The notes: generated by a model not told the origin, from the sequence alone. Positions 17,377 to 32,813 are shown, counted from the first letter of the stretch. The stretch: 64,000 nt of DNA from the human T2T-CHM13v2.0 reference genome, Homo sapiens (GCF_009914755.1 NC_060930.1); one strand, 5' to 3'. A program made the numbers and translations.

Positions 17377-17925
17377 AAGAAAGTCACTTAACCCTGTAAG
17401 CCTCACTGTCCCCATAAACAAAAGATGGGCCCCAAAACAGTACCTACTCCATAGGGTTATAATCCATGCAAACACCTGAGCACATACTAAGTGACTTGTG
17501 ACAGTTAATTCAGTAACATCTATCTTCATCAAAACAGTAGCACCATTATATTAAGAAATATTATGAAATTAAGATTGTAAGAGAAATGCCTTCCTGTTAG
17601 AAAAGACCATGCTACTGTTTTAGATACATTGATAATAAAATCTCTATTTACCTATATTTAAGAATATTTCATCTAGGTGTGTCTCAGAATAATTAATGGT
17701 TTAGATACATCCATGATGCTTATATTGAGAAGTATCAAATCCAGAAATTGTCTAGCTAGCCATCATATTAACTGGAAGGTGTACCCACAAACTAACCTCA
17801 AAGATACCAAGACAGTCTAATGTGAGAGCTTCCAGGCAGAACCCACAGAGATGGGTGCCCAAGGCTGGATCCAGCCAATTTGCTACAAGGAACAAGCCAG
17901 AGGAATGTGAAGTCAAAGACAAGTA

Positions 17926-18272
17926 CAGTTGACACTTGAACAACAGAGGTTTGAATTGCACTGCTCCTATGTGACGATTTTTTCAATAATTATACTGGAA
18001 AAAATTTTGGAGATTTTCAACAATTTGAAAAAACTTGCAGACGAACTGCATAGCCTACAAATACCGAAAATTTTTAAGAAAAAAATCAGGTATGCCATAA
18101 ATGCATAAAATATGTAGAAACTATAAGTGTTAATAAACTTATGTTATTGATAAGGCTTTTCTGTCAACATTCAGCTATTTGTACTTAAGTTTTTAGGGAG
18201 GGAAAAGTTATATGCAGGACTGGGCTGGGGGGGTCAGTACCTCTAATCCCTGCATTGCTCAAGGGTCAACTG
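17926..18272 (+). mobile_element. TcMar-Tigger non-autonomous element (Tigger2a/MER28/MER8-like)
   Basis: TIRs CAGTTGACACTTGAACAA ... TTGCTCAAGGGTCAACTG, TA on left flank. Confidence 0.85.
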
Positions 18273-18828
18273 CATAAAACAACACTCCACAGAGTGCTGG
18301 CGGTTAAGACCAGCTTAAGGCAAATATTCAACCTTGAGAGCTGAGCTTACACAAAACAGTCAATGAATCAAAACGGGTAAAAACAGGAAAAGAATAAGGG
18401 GCCAAGGGTTTGGTCAAAGTAATACAAGGAAGTCCAAGGCTTCTGCCTTGAAGACAGCTGTGATGGACACAGTTCCCTTCTTTGTATTGTGACATAGTTC
18501 AAATGGTTCTTGAGATGTGCTAGCTAATTTGGATTAAAGGGGACAATAGTCATTAACTTTGAAGGTAACAGATATGTTATTACATTATATGATAACATTA
18601 ACCAAACCACTAAGACCCAACTCTCTGTCACCTGAAAGTGAAAGTGAATTCTCAAGTGCTGGACAATAGCCATGAAATACAAGTAAGCCTAATGCTAAGT
18701 AAATACATTCTGTACCTCAGCCACAATGCACACAATGAGCCTGTGGACAAGCATATCGGCTATGAAAGGGCAAGTACAGCCTTGCCTGGGAGTCTAGAAT
18801 CACTTTCCACATTTAAAATAAGAATTTA

Positions 18829-19191
<363 letters not shown>

Positions 19192-19591
19192 TTCTTATAA
19201 ATACTCCCATAGAAATAAACCTTATAGTATCCACTGTCTTGAGAGAGATTAAAATACGTTACAGAAGAAAGATAAGAAAATAGGTTTCTGGTAGTATAAT
19301 TTAATCTGGTGGGAAAAGAAACAAAAAATGGAGAAAAGAGAGACCAAAGAAAGAGACTTATATACCGATTCATAATTAATAACCTTCATGATCACAGTTT
19401 CAACTGGGATTTAAAGAAAGCAAGAAGAATAACAACCATAATTTCTTATGCCCATTTAGTAAAATATTGTTTAAAATGAACATTATCATTTATTTAAAGA
19501 CTTTAAAAATTATACCCTAAAAGTGAATGACATATTTTAGGTATTCTATAAATTATTCCTTTCCACTTATCAAAATACGTTTTTTAAAAAT

Positions 19592-19941
19592 CATGATATT
19601 CATATGCAGACTTGAAACAAATAAAAATCACAGAATATATAGGTTTTCTACATAAATAAGCTGTCATATTTTTTCCTTCTTTGCTAGCAAATATACCTTC
19701 TTGAAAATGTTTGATTATCAATTCACCCAAGAATTTTTTTAGACTTCCTCTATAAAAGGATATTACTATTTATATTTCCTCAATGCAATGTAATTCATTT
19801 AAAAATACTGTGAAGTCTGACTATGAGTCAGGCATTGTATTTTGTTTTAGGATGAATAAGGGAACTCAAAAAACGAAGACAAACAAAGATGAATAGTTAG
19901 TGGATAAGCATGCTGCAAGGTCGATAAGGGTACAATGAACA
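19592..19941 (+). repeat. 350-bp segment, donor of the copy at 20522-20873
   Basis: About 15 differences over 350 bp by manual comparison. Confidence 0.97.
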
Positions 19942-20077
19942 GAAACATGAAGTATAGCTGACGTGATTAATTCTAAGTGTTGAGATTCTTTTTATTCAGT
20001 ACGTGTATACTGAGTGCCTACTATGAATCAGACATATCTTGACATGCAATATATAACAAACGATATGCCTAACCTAT

Positions 20078-21012
20078 GGAGCGTGGCAATGCCTCAAGGA
20101 TCTAGAACTAGAAATACCATTTGACCCAGCCATCCCATTACTGGTTATATACCCAAAGGATTATAAATCATGCTGCTATAAAGACACATGCACATGTATG
20201 TATACTGCGGCACTATTCACAATAGCAAAGACTTGGAACCAACCCAAATGTCCGTCAATGACAGACTGGATAAAGAAAATGTGGCACATATACACCATGG
20301 AATACTATGCAGCCATAAAAGAGGATGAGTTCATGTCCTTTGTAGGGACACGGATGAAGCTGGAAACCATCATTCTCAGCAAACTATCACAAGGACAAAA
20401 AACCAAACACCATATGTTCTCAATCATAGGTGGGAACTGAACAATGAGAATACTTGGACACAGGAAGGGGAACATCACACACCGGGGCCTGTCGTGGGGT
20501 TGGGGGACGGGGGAGGGATAGCATGATATTCATATACAGACTTGAAACAAAGAAAAATCACAGAATACATAGGTTTTCTATATAAATAAGCTGTCATATT
20601 TTTTCTTTCTTTGCTCGCAAATATACCTTCTTAAAAATGTTTGATTATCAATTCACCCAAGAATTTCTTTTAGACTTCCTCTATAAAAGGACATTACTAT
20701 TTATATTTCCCCAATGCAATGTAATTCATTTAAAAATACTGTGAAGTCTGACTATGAGTCAGGCATTATATTTTGTTTTAGGATGAATAAGGGAACTCAA
20801 AAAACGAAGGCAAATAAAGATGAATAGTTAGATGGATAAGCATGCTGCAAAGTCGATAAGGGTACAATGAACACGTATATATACCTAATATAAATGACGA
20901 GTTAATGAGTGCAGCACACCAACATGGCACATGTATACATATGTAGCAAACCTGCACGTTGTGCACATGTACCCTAAAACTTAAAGTATAATAAAAAAAT
21001 ATAAATAAATAA
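20078..21012 (+). mobile_element. 5'-truncated L1PA (roughly L1PA4-5) whose 3' UTR is interrupted by a 352-bp local insertion
   Basis: ORF2 C-terminus ([38 protein letters not shown]); 3' UTR breaks after GGGAGGGATAGCAT and resumes at TATACCTAAT...CTTAAAGTATAATAAAAAAA. Confidence 0.95.
20522..20873 (+). repeat. Inserted copy of 19592-19941
   Basis: Non-L1 sequence flanked on both sides by near-contiguous L1 3' UTR. Confidence 0.97.
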
Positions 21013-21671
21013 CGGAAGCACTATAACAACAATTCAAGTAAAAAAAAAAATTAAAATTCTCTTTAATACTGGCTAAGCCTAGCCAACAGAAACTGGTGAC
21101 AAATTATAGATAATGAAGCAGTAGGATATGTCAAAGGTGACTCCAAAGTTTCTAGCTTAGGTAATTGACCAGGCAGTTATGCTAGAACATGATTAAAAAT
21201 ATAAAAGGTGGTGAAGGATTCATGGAAAAGAAAATTGTTTTGGTTTGGGATCTGCTTAAATGTAGTTGCCCATAGGACGGCTATATGGTTATTTCCAATA
21301 CGAAGTAGGAAATAAAAATGTGCAGCCAAAAAGAAGAAAATAGGGGCTAAGAGGGATATACGTGGAAGTCATCCATTTTGATAATAGCTGAAGATTTACA
21401 AGTGGATTAGATTTCCCAGGAATACTGAATCATATCCTATGTGGCAAAGAAAATGTGAATTCTCATCTTTGTCCTATATTATTGGTTTAAATCATAAAAG
21501 AAAATTACATACTGTCTCATTAGAAATATTTTTAATTCATTCTAGAACAATTTGAAACATGAGAATACTTTTTTCAACAAGATTATACAGTAAGCCCATT
21601 AATAAATCCCTTCTTTATTCAAATCATCAAGATTCAAAACCACCAATATAGTATCTTAGAGGATAACCTTT

Positions 21672-22621
21672 TGTGGTAGGCAGAATTTGAAGACAGTCCC
21701 TAATATGGTTTGGCTCTGTGTCCCCACCCACATCTCATCTTGAATTGTAGCTCCCATAATTCCCACGTGTTGCGGGAGGGACCTGGTGGGAGATAACTGA
21801 ATCTTGGGGCCAGTTTCCCTAGTACTGTTCTCGTGGTAGTGACTATGTCTTACAAGATGTGATGGTTTTATAAGGGATTTCTGCTTTCGCTTCTCTTTCA
21901 TTCTCTCTTGCCGCCGCCATGTAAAAAGTGCCTTTCACCTTCTGCTATGATTGTGAGGCCTCCCCAGACATGTGAAACTGTGAGTCCATTAAGCCTCTTT
22001 TTCTTCCCAGTCTCAGGTATGTCTTTATCAGCAGTGTGAAAACGAATTAATACAGTCCCCAAGACTTTTCCCTGATATGCACACTCTGCATGATCTCCGG
22101 CACTGTGAGGATGTATTTTACTTCCACAATAGGACATGTTATGCTACAGGTTGGTCCTAAAATAGGAAGATTATCCAACTGGGCCTGGCCTAACCAAATG
22201 AGTCCTTTAAGAGCAGATATTTTTTTTCTGTTGGTGGCAGCGTTCATGATTCAAAGCACAAGAAAGATTTGAAGACTCATTGCTGGCTTGAAGATGGAGA
22301 GCCATATGCTAAGAAATGTAACCAACACCTAGGAGCTAAAGAGACCTCAAGCTCACAGCCAGTAAGAAAAGGGGACCTTCAGTCCTACAACTACAAGAAA
22401 CTAAATTCTGCCAATGGCAAGAATCAGTTTGGGAGTGGAGCTTTCCCCAGAGCCTCCAGAAGAGAACTAAGTAACGCCAACACCTTTATTTCAGTCTTGC
22501 GATATTCTGAGCAAATCAAATAGTTACACAGGGTCTACAGAACTGTGAGCCAGTAAACGGGTGTTGGTTTAAGTCACTAAATTTGTGGTAATTTGTTATG
22601 AGACAACAGAAAACTAATAAA
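21672..22621 (+). mobile_element. MLT1-family MaLR LTR, split by a THE1 LTR
   Basis: Starts TGTGGTAGGCAGAAT; ends TTTAAGTCACTAAATTTGTGGTAATTTGTTA...AGAAAACTAATA. Confidence 0.85.
21701..22054 (+). mobile_element. THE1 (B/C-like) solo LTR
   Basis: ATATGGTTTGGCTCTGTGTCCCCACCC ... GTATGTCTTTATCAGCAGTGTGAAAACGAATTAATACA; 5-bp TSD GTCCC. Confidence 0.93.
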
Positions 22622-22819
22622 CCTTTACTTTTCTAAAGTAAATTCTAAAAATTGAATTACTTTTATTATTAATCCAGTTAAGTAAAAAGAAACGTATTTT
22701 CCAAACTATGTCACCCTTAACCAGTTAAGCAAAAACTGTAACTGCTGACAGTTGTCAAGTTGTAATCAATACTTTGTTTAGTGTAAGCACAAGCCCAGGG
22801 GAGAACGTCTATGCTTTTG

Positions 22820-23484
<665 letters not shown>

Positions 23485-23708
23485 AATAAGCCTACAGTTC
23501 AATGCAAAACTGAACTGTAAAATCATGTAAGCCAAAAGAATCACAAATACACCATCAGAAAAGGGAAATAATAACAAAAACGTAACATTTATTGCTGTTG
23601 CTGTAAAAGTGTTGCACTACATTTTTTTCTGGCCTAACAAATTAATGTGTTTTGAGTGTTTTAAGATGTAAGTCTTAATTGTAAACTGAAATAACCAATA
23701 ACCAGTTA

Positions 23709-23858
23709 TTGGTCCTAAAATAGGAAGATTATCTAACTGGGCCTGGCCTAACCAAATGAGTCCTTTAAGAGCAGATAGTTTTCTCCCATTGGTGCCAGAA
23801 GTTCATGATTGAAAGCACAAGAAAGATTTGAAGACTCATTGCTGGCTTGAAAATGAAG
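23709..23858 (+). repeat. Isolated ~150-bp copy of 22151-22298 (internal MLT1 sequence)
   Basis: One mismatch in the first ~68 bp, roughly 92% overall; no LTR termini around it. Confidence 0.93.
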
Positions 23859-24028
23859 ACATGAATACATCAGATTTTTTAAAAATCTAAAGAACTACAG
23901 AGCTATCAAATTTTAGCATTATTATTTTTAATAGTTGCCAAATTGTAACCATTATTTATCAAATTCTAGTAGAGAAATAAGAGAAAGTTTTTTTAAATCA
24001 TTAAATTTGAATTTCAGAAAATAAATAC

Positions 24029-24135
24029 TGGCCAGGTGTGGTAGCTCATGCCTGTAATCCCAATACTTAAGGAGGCCGAGGCAGGAGGATCACTTCAGCA
24101 CAGGAGTTCAAGACCCATCTGTGCAACACAGCAAG
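24029..24135 (+). mobile_element. Alu left monomer (FLAM/AluJ fragment)
   Basis: GGCCAGGTGTGGTAGCTCATGCCTGTAATCCC...GGAGGATCACTT...GCAACACAGCAAGA. Confidence 0.85.
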
Positions 24136-24829
24136 AAATGAAAGCATCTTCCTTGGGAGCAGAACTAAATGACTAGACCAGCATGACCATCATTAGTTTA
24201 CTAGATATACTATATCTATGTATTATTTTAATAATTAAGACAATTACAATGTTAAGACAGTTCAAAAGATATAAACCAAATTTATATTTAAAGGGTATAA
24301 TTCATATTATGTATAAAATAGAATGTAGCCTGTTATTAAATCTATATACCTGAAGAAAAGTAATGAATTAGACTTAAGTAGACACAAAAGGTCTCAATTT
24401 TCCAACTATTTTACATGAAAACAAAGACACTAGTATTAGCTCTTCTCAAGATAATTTTCAGATAAATATGATTTAAACTACAACTTAAGACAAAGATGAA
24501 AAAATCTAGAGAATATCAAAAGAAAGTCCTAACCATTAAAAACAGCAACTAACAATTCTTCAAGACATGTTTGATTATTTTTTTTTGTTTAGCATCTACA
24601 TTCCCTAGTCCTACCACTTTCTTCTCAACTATGCCACAATCTGAGTCACAATTCTGTTTTCCAAGTTTCCGTGACACTGCACTGCTCCACTACTGCCCTG
24701 TACTGACCATGTTATAGTAGGTTAGCAGGGAGATGGTTCTCTTATCAACTAGGCCTAAAGATCCTTGAGGAACAGGAGAATTGTCACAGTCAGAGCCCAC
24801 CTGGCCTGGCACGTAGTAAAATTTAAATC

Positions 24830-25060
24830 ATAAGTTCTCAGCTGGGAGAATCTTTAGTCCCCCAAGAGACATCTGGCAATGTCTGCTGACATTATGGGTT
24901 TTGGTTGTCATAAGAGGAAGGGGGTACCAGTGACATCTAGTGACATCTAGTGCGTAGAAGCCGGCGAGGTTGCCTAACATCCTATGGTGCACAGAAAGCC
25001 TCCTGACAGCTAAGAATTATCCACAGAAAGCATCAACGGTGCTGACGTTGAGAAATCCTG
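24830..25060 (+). mobile_element. MER20 (hAT-Charlie)
   Basis: GTTCTCA...GACATCTGGCAATGTCTG...TTGGTTGTCA...CATCTAGTG...AAGAATTATCC...GTTGAGAAATCCTG. Confidence 0.88.
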
Positions 25061-25195
25061 TTTTCAACAAGTGTTTGCTCAAATAATGTGGACTTTATGA
25101 AGACAACAAAACTGCATAAAATACTGCAATCAGAATAATTTCAGTACTTATTATAAAAGTATGGCATATAAGTTAAATATCCCACAACCGAATAC

Positions 25196-25329
25196 AGGAA
25201 AAAAAAGAAGAGGGGAGGGGGAGGGGCAGGGGAGAGGCAAGGGAGGGGGGAAAAAGAAAAAAGAAAGAGAGGAAGGGGGAGAGGGAGAGAGGGAGGGAGG
25301 GAGGAAGGAGGGAAGGAAGGAAGGAAGGA
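25196..25329. repeat. Polypurine low-complexity tract (G-runs, GGGA/GGAA)
   Basis: About 130 bp almost purely A/G. Confidence 0.9.
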
Positions 25330-25567
25330 TTTAGTAATGAGATCAAGAAGTTACTATGCTATTGCATTGTAGATAAATAAACTTAAGCAATTTGCTTCTA
25401 ATTCCCAATTATACGGAAACCACAGGCACAAGAAAGTATTGATGTTTAGCACTGACAAAGAAAACTAAGTATAGACATCATTTCTTGGTACTGCCCCTCA
25501 CAGCTGAATGTTTCTTGAGTGATGCAGCCTTTCTCACCTATTTATCTAACATATAAAATAAAAATTA

Positions 25568-25943
<376 letters not shown>

Positions 25944-26959
25944 GGTAGCTATAATGATGATACAAATGAAAACATACATGTACCTACAGATATAAACACA
26001 AACCCATCCTCCTCAGTCAGTCACCCCCTCCACCCTCTCCCACTGATCATAGTATTCAAAGAGAATAAACTATTATTTGTGATTTCAACAAAAGAATTAA
26101 GTTAATAAAAAATTGCTGAGCCACAAAACCCTTGGCTGGAATTTCTCTTCCCCTAAAATCCTCAATTCAAATACATATCCTTTAAAATAAATATTTAGAG
26201 TCAAGATTATTAACTGGTGGATTTCCAAGGACAGGTTTCCTGAAGAGTCCAACACTGTTCCTCAAAGCAAAGCTGTTTAGAGAGTCAAGAAACATGAGAG
26301 CTGGTGCTTGCTCCTTATTAAGAAAAGATTGGGGGTTGAAGGTAGAGAGGCACCCAAGGCTCTCTAGTCCTGCTGCCCATCCTTAAGCCTACACAAATGC
26401 AAGAGGGAGAACAAGGACTGATAAGACCCGTTTTGACAATCTTGGTTAGACAACAACGAAATGTTGTTGAAAACATCTTCTTAATACAGAGATTACTAAG
26501 AAATGGTTGTTTTCAATCTTGCATTAAGCCAATTCAAACTTAATAAATGAAAATATCACCTATGGCCACCTGCCCCGGTATATTCTAAGACTACGGGGCA
26601 TAGTAATAGCTACTGTAGACATGTTACTTCCTTGTCCAGTCAAGCACCCCAGTGAAGAATTCCCATAGCACATATTATACTTCTGTTTGTTTACATTTTA
26701 TACAATGCCTCTCCCATTTTCTGCGAGTAAATTTCTATATTAGTTAATGCTAAGTAACTGACTTGGAGCTTGTCTGGCACCGAATACATCTTACTTTAAA
26801 CATTTTATTTTCTGCTTATAAAATGGAAATAACAATAGGATGAATCAAGGTTTCTTCCTGAAAGTGAGAAGTTAACTAACTATTCCTCTCCAATATTCTT
26901 AACTAAAGAAGTGGAGCAAGAGAGTAAGTATAAATAGCTAGAATTGTGCTTATAATAAA

Positions 26960-28550
26960 AATCTGCCCAAAATGTGTCAAAAAGTTGGCAGAATGGATTT
27001 TTTAAAAATAACTCAACTATATGTTGTCTATAAAAGATGCAATTTAGATACAAAGACAAAAAATAGGTAATAGGCTGAAAGTGAGAGGATGGGAAAGATA
27101 TTCCATTCATAAAGTAGCCAAAAGAGAGCTACAAGTCTTAGCTAATGCAATAAGACAAGAATAGAGAACTAAAGGTTTACAGTTTGGGAAGGAAGAAATA
27201 AAACTGTTCACAGATGACATGACTGTCTATATAGAAAAATTTTTTTAAAAATCAACAAAAGCTTCTTGGAACTAATAAGTGATTATATGAGATTTTCAGA
27301 ATATGAGTTAAAACACAAAAATCAGTATCTTTCCTATATTCCAGGAATGAACAAGTAGATTTTGAAATTAAAGGCACAATATCATTTGCACTAGCACTCA
27401 AAAAATGAAATACTTGGGTATAAATCTAACAAAATAGATACAAACTCTATATGAGAAAAGCTACAAAACTCTGATGAAAAAAACTCAAACAACTAAATAA
27501 GTGGATACATATTCCATGTTAATGGATAGGAAGACTCAATATTGTCAAGATGTTAGTTCTACACTCAGTGCAATCAAAATAGAAATCCCAGGAAGTTATT
27601 TTGTGGTTACTGGAAAACTGATTAAAGTTTATATTGAGAGACAAAAGTCTCACAATAGCCAGCACAATATTGTAAGAGAACAACAAAGTTCGAGGACTGA
27701 CAATACCCGACTTCAAGACATACAATAAAGCTACAATAATCAAAACAGTGTGGTTATTAGGGAAATAATGGATACATGGATCAATGGAATAAAACAGAGA
27801 GCCTATAAACAGACCCAAATAAATATATAAAACTGATCTTTGACAAAGGAGCAAATGCAATACAGTAGAGAAAAAATAATCTTGTCAACAAATAGTGTCA
27901 GGAACAGCCGGACAGCCTCATGATAGAAAATGAATATAGACACACACCTCAAACCAGTCACAGAAATTAAATAAAAATGGATCATAGACTTAAATGTAAA
28001 ACACAAAATGATAAAACCCCTAGAAAATAACATAGGAGAAAATATAGATGAACCTGGGCATGTCATTTACTTTTTAGAAGCAACACAAAGACAAGATCCA
28101 TGAAAGAAAGAATTGATAAGTTGTACTTCAGTAAAATTAAGATTTTCTGCTCTGCAAAAGAAACTGCCAAGAGAATAAAAAGACAAGCCACAGATTGGGA
28201 GAAAATATGTGCAAAACACATATCAGATAAAGACTTAACCCAGAATAGACAAAGAACTCTAAAGCTCATTAATAAGAAAACAAACAACCTGATTATTAAA
28301 AGTCCAAAACATTAACACATACGTCATCAAAAAAGACATACAGATGAGCAAATGAAAAGATGCTCTACATTATATATCATGAGGGAAATGCAAATTCAAA
28401 CAACAGTGAGATACCATTACATACCTATTTAAATGGCCAAAATCCAGAACACTGACAACACCAAATGCCAGCAAGAATGTGGAACAACAGGATCTCATTC
28501 ACTGTTTGTGCGAATGTGAAATGGTACTCTGGAAGACAGTTCGGCAGCTC
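26960..28550 (+). mobile_element. Old L1M ORF2 remnants with a large internal deletion
   Basis: Endonuclease-start-like TGGCAGAATGGAT...AACTATATGTTGTCTA joined near 27135 to RT region CTAATGCAATAAGACAAGAA, TTCACAGATGACATGA; peptide KIKIFCSAKETAKRIKRQATDWEKICAKHISDK. Confidence 0.88.
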
Positions 28551-28879
28551 TGGCAAAGGTAACAGTGTGGGTCAATGTCTGGAAATGAACGCCAGAAAAC
28601 ATAGGACAGGAAATCTCCAAGTAACTCAATTACACTGCGGAACATGATACCAAGGAGAAGATTCTGGAGATAAAGGTGTAGATAGAGCAAAGCCAGGACA
28701 AATCACAAAGTGCCTGATAAGTCATGAGTTGCTCTGTTCTAAAGGCAACCAACAGCTGCTAAAGGGCTTTGCTTAGGCATGACAGTGACATGATCATAAT
28801 CATATTTTTAAAAAGGAAACTCAACTCTAGTAAGTGAAATATGAAAAAATGAGCAAGTCCAAATCCCAATCCTTACTGT

Positions 28880-29390
28880 CATACACTATTAGTAAGAGTC
28901 TATATCGATACAATCACATTGAAAAATTGTTTGGCAGGAATCTACCGAAAAATCTGAACACAGGCATATTCTATGACCCAGAAATTACACCCTTAAAAGT
29001 GCATACTTAAGTCCATCAAAAGCCATATATATTATTACAATATTCAAGAAAGCACTATTTATGATAGCCAAAACATGGAAACTACCAAATATCCGTCAAC
29101 ATTAGAACAGATAAATCACTTAGTATATTCACACAATGGAATATCATACAATAATGAGAACAAACTATTCAGAACTGCATGGAATAATATGAGTGAAGTA
29201 CACAAACATAATGTTGAACAAAAGAAACCAGACACAAAAGATAAATACTGCATGAGTCTATTTATTTAAAGTTGGAAAAATGTCACTATCTGTAAGAAGT
29301 CAGAAAAGTGTTACCTTAAGGGGTTAGCAACTGGAAGGGGACACAAGAGGGGCTTTCAGTATTATCTCTATTTTTCAATCAAGGAAGCTA
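28880..29390 (+). mobile_element. L1ME-type 3' fragment
   Basis: CTATGACCCAGAAATT, ATAGCCAAAACATGGAAACTACCAAATATCC, ATATTCACACAATGGAATA. Confidence 0.75.
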
Positions 29391-29997
29391 AGATTCACAG
29401 GTAAAATTACTTACAACTAGTAAGTTGTGGAAATGGCATTCAAATCTATGCCTGATTTTTAAAAATACATAGCCATGGGCTAAAAATGACCTAGAGAAAC
29501 TGTCAAAATGTTCTTCAACTAATGTTTATTGTCCTATGCCTTTATGCACACTGACTCCACTGCTAATAGTGCCTTTTCTTCACTGATAACTTCCCTGTAA
29601 ACACCTGCTTATTACTTCTACTATGAAACCCATTCCCAATCTCTCCCCATATACTTAACAGGCTCAGTAACCAGGTATTTCGTCTCTCTCAATACTTTTT
29701 AAAAATATATATATAATTTATCGAGTACTTATTAGGTACCAGGCATTTTATTGGTCTTTTCCCAATAAGGATAATGGGGTTCGAAGATATAAATAATCCA
29801 AGGTCACATGTCTAAAATGTATTAAAACTAGAATCGAAATCAAAACTTTCTGAATGCAAATCTAAAGCTCTATTATATTATGTGTCCATCTTTCACCTTA
29901 TCTTATTGCTGATAATCTATTTATCTGCTTTGACCTCAAGATTCTTATTTCTTTGGAAGCCAATAGTCTCTACTTACCTTTGTAACATCTGCCCTAA

Positions 29998-30342
<345 letters not shown>

Positions 30343-30365
30343 GCATTTTTTTAAAGAACTAAGTA

Positions 30366-30902
30366 TAGTATACCCACCCTCCTTATCCACGGTTTCACTT
30401 TCTGCAGTTTCAGTTAATCACACAGTCAACCACAGTCAAAAATATTAAATGGAAAATTCCAGAAGTAAACAACTCATAATTCTAAATTGTGCACTGCTCT
30501 GAGTAGCATGATAAAATCTCACATGGTACAGCTCAGTCCCAACCAGGACATGAATTCTCCCTTTGTCCAGCGTCTCCATGCTGTAGACACTTCCCATCCC
30601 TCAGACACTTTGTAGCCATCTTGCTTATCAGATCAACTGTCATGGTATCCCAGTGTCTGTGTTCAAGTCACCCTTATTTTACTTAATAACAACCCAAAAG
30701 TGCAAGAATAGTGATGCTGGCAATTCAGATATGCCACAGAGAAGCCATAAAGTAGTTCCTTTAAGTTAAAGGGTGCAAGTTCTTGATTTAATAAGGAAAG
30801 AAAAAACAAAGGTATGCTGAGCTTGCTAAGATCTGCTGTCAGAATAAATCTATCCAAGAAATTGTGAAGAAGGAAAGAGAAATTTATGCTAGTTTTGCTG
30901 TT
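30366..30902 (+). mobile_element. Tigger7/MER44-like DNA transposon fragment
   Basis: CCTTATCCACGGTTTCACTTTCTGCAGTTTCAGTT...AATATTAAATGGAAAATTCCAGAA...GTGATGCTGGCAATTCAGATATGCC. Confidence 0.8.
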
Positions 30903-30967
30903 GAAAATGTTATTGGTGAGAAAATTAAAAAGACACTATTCTGGAAAATCACAAAGTTTATACAGCT

Positions 30968-31283
30968 ACACTTGTTCAACAGAATAGCCGTTAGTGACAA
31001 GTAGCTACTGGAGACTAGAAAACTTGCTACTCTGAAGTGGGATGTGCTGTGAGTGTAAAGTACATACTGGATTTCACAGACAACAGTACAAATGTAAGAA
31101 TGTAAAATATTTCATCAAATAATTCTTTAATAATCAGAAGCTAAAATTCTAATATTCTGGAATAAATTAAGTCCATTTTATTATTAAGTTAATTTCACTT
31201 ACTTTTTTAAAGTGGCTACTAGAATACTTTAACTTATGTGTGTCATCTTTACTTCACGTTATATTTCTGTTGAACAGCATTGT
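30968..31283. mobile_element. MER33/MER3-like hAT element
   Basis: GATGTGCTGTGAGTGTAAAGTACATACTGGATTTC...GTGGCTACTAGAA...ATATTTCTGTTGAACAGCATTG. Confidence 0.7.
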
Positions 31284-32048
31284 TGTAGGGGCCTTTTTTT
31301 CTCCTTACTCAAGGACATAATCTAAATTGTCCCTAATTGAGACTATTAAAAGCACAGTGGAAACAGCCCATGTAACTGCCATCATTTGTCCTGGGTTCCA
31401 CATGAAGAAATGAATTTATTATTCTTTCTTCTTTTGCACGAGTGTTGTAAGACTGTGTCAATATTCAAAGAACATATTCCAACCTTTCCAATGTGCTTAA
31501 AAATTAACCTTGATATCACCATTGTTTAAGTGACTGCTGTGGGTCTGAATGTTTGTGTCTTCCCAAAATTCTTATGTTCAAATTTGTAGTATAATATAAC
31601 TATCTCTGTTTACCTTCACAGCCTGTGACAGTCTTCCCTCCGTTCAAACTGCTTGTTTCATGTCTCTTTATAGGAAATGTTCCTCTTGTCTTGTTAAACT
31701 CATACCCTCCTCTTAAATCTACTTCAAAAATTTGTTTTTTAACCAAGGAAGAATGCTTCACAGGAAATGTTACTCCCTACTCTCATTCCGGTTTACTGTT
31801 CCCTGTGTAGGCACTATCAATAAATGTTGAAGGAAATGCAGAACTGCATAAAGCTGCATAAACCCACATATGTTCTTTGCTGTTAAGAGAAAAAGAAAAA
31901 AATTGAAAGTGCCAAAAGTGTTTGTTTTCTGGAGAGGAAAAAATTAAGCAGGAAAAACTTTCCAATGTAAACTACACAAAAATTACCTGTTTTAACCAAT
32001 GGAGAGCCAAGAAAAGTTAGGACACAAACTACAATGTACATTCTTCTC

Positions 32049-32233
32049 TGTTATGGACTAAATTGTGTTCCTCCAAAATTCATGTGTTGAAGTCCTAACC
32101 CCCAGTACCTCAGAATGTGACTCTGTGTGGAGAAGGGACCTTTAAGAAGATGATTAAGTAAAATGAGGTCCATAGGGTGAGACCTTAATCCAATATGACT
32201 AGTACCCTAATGGCAGCCCTAGCAAACTAATGC
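32049..32233 (+). mobile_element. MLT1A/B-like LTR with internal deletion (both termini retained)
   Basis: TGTTATGGACTAAATTGTGTTCCTCCAAAATTCAT...TAATCCAATATGACT joined directly to ATGGCAGCCCTAGCAAACTAAT. Confidence 0.8.
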
Positions 32234-32813
32234 TCTCCTTTCTGAAAAAAAGTATACTTCAAATTGTTTAAAAGGCAGAATGAATCTTTTAATAACTGGA
32301 CAAATATTGTGTCAAAAATAATAAGCATACAAAAACAAAAACCATCAATCTGATCTGATATCTAAAACAAGCAAATGTAGCATTACCATGTTCCTAATGC
32401 TTAAATTTAGCTCAAGCCACTAGGAGAAACAATTATAATAAATGGACAGTCCTTGAGTAAGAATTAATACCAGGCCGACAGTGATATTTTCACATATACT
32501 TTCAAAACATACACACTTGAATTTTACAATTTACATGATTTTGCTTTGTTAATATCAAGAAAACAGCGTATTTCTTTTAAGCTGTACATTTTCAAAATCA
32601 AAACCAATCTTCTCAAACACTACTTAATTTTAAAAGAGGAAATAACTCGATTTTCTTTAATGATAAGCTGGCATCTCAACACAAAAGGGTCTGTCAGAAA
32701 ATCAATGCTATATAAGACATACATCACTTTCTTAAGCATTGATGTAAAGTCTTTCTCTGGTCTTTGAAGTAGAAACTACGTCTTAATCATCTTATCCTCA
32801 GTGCTAGTAATTA

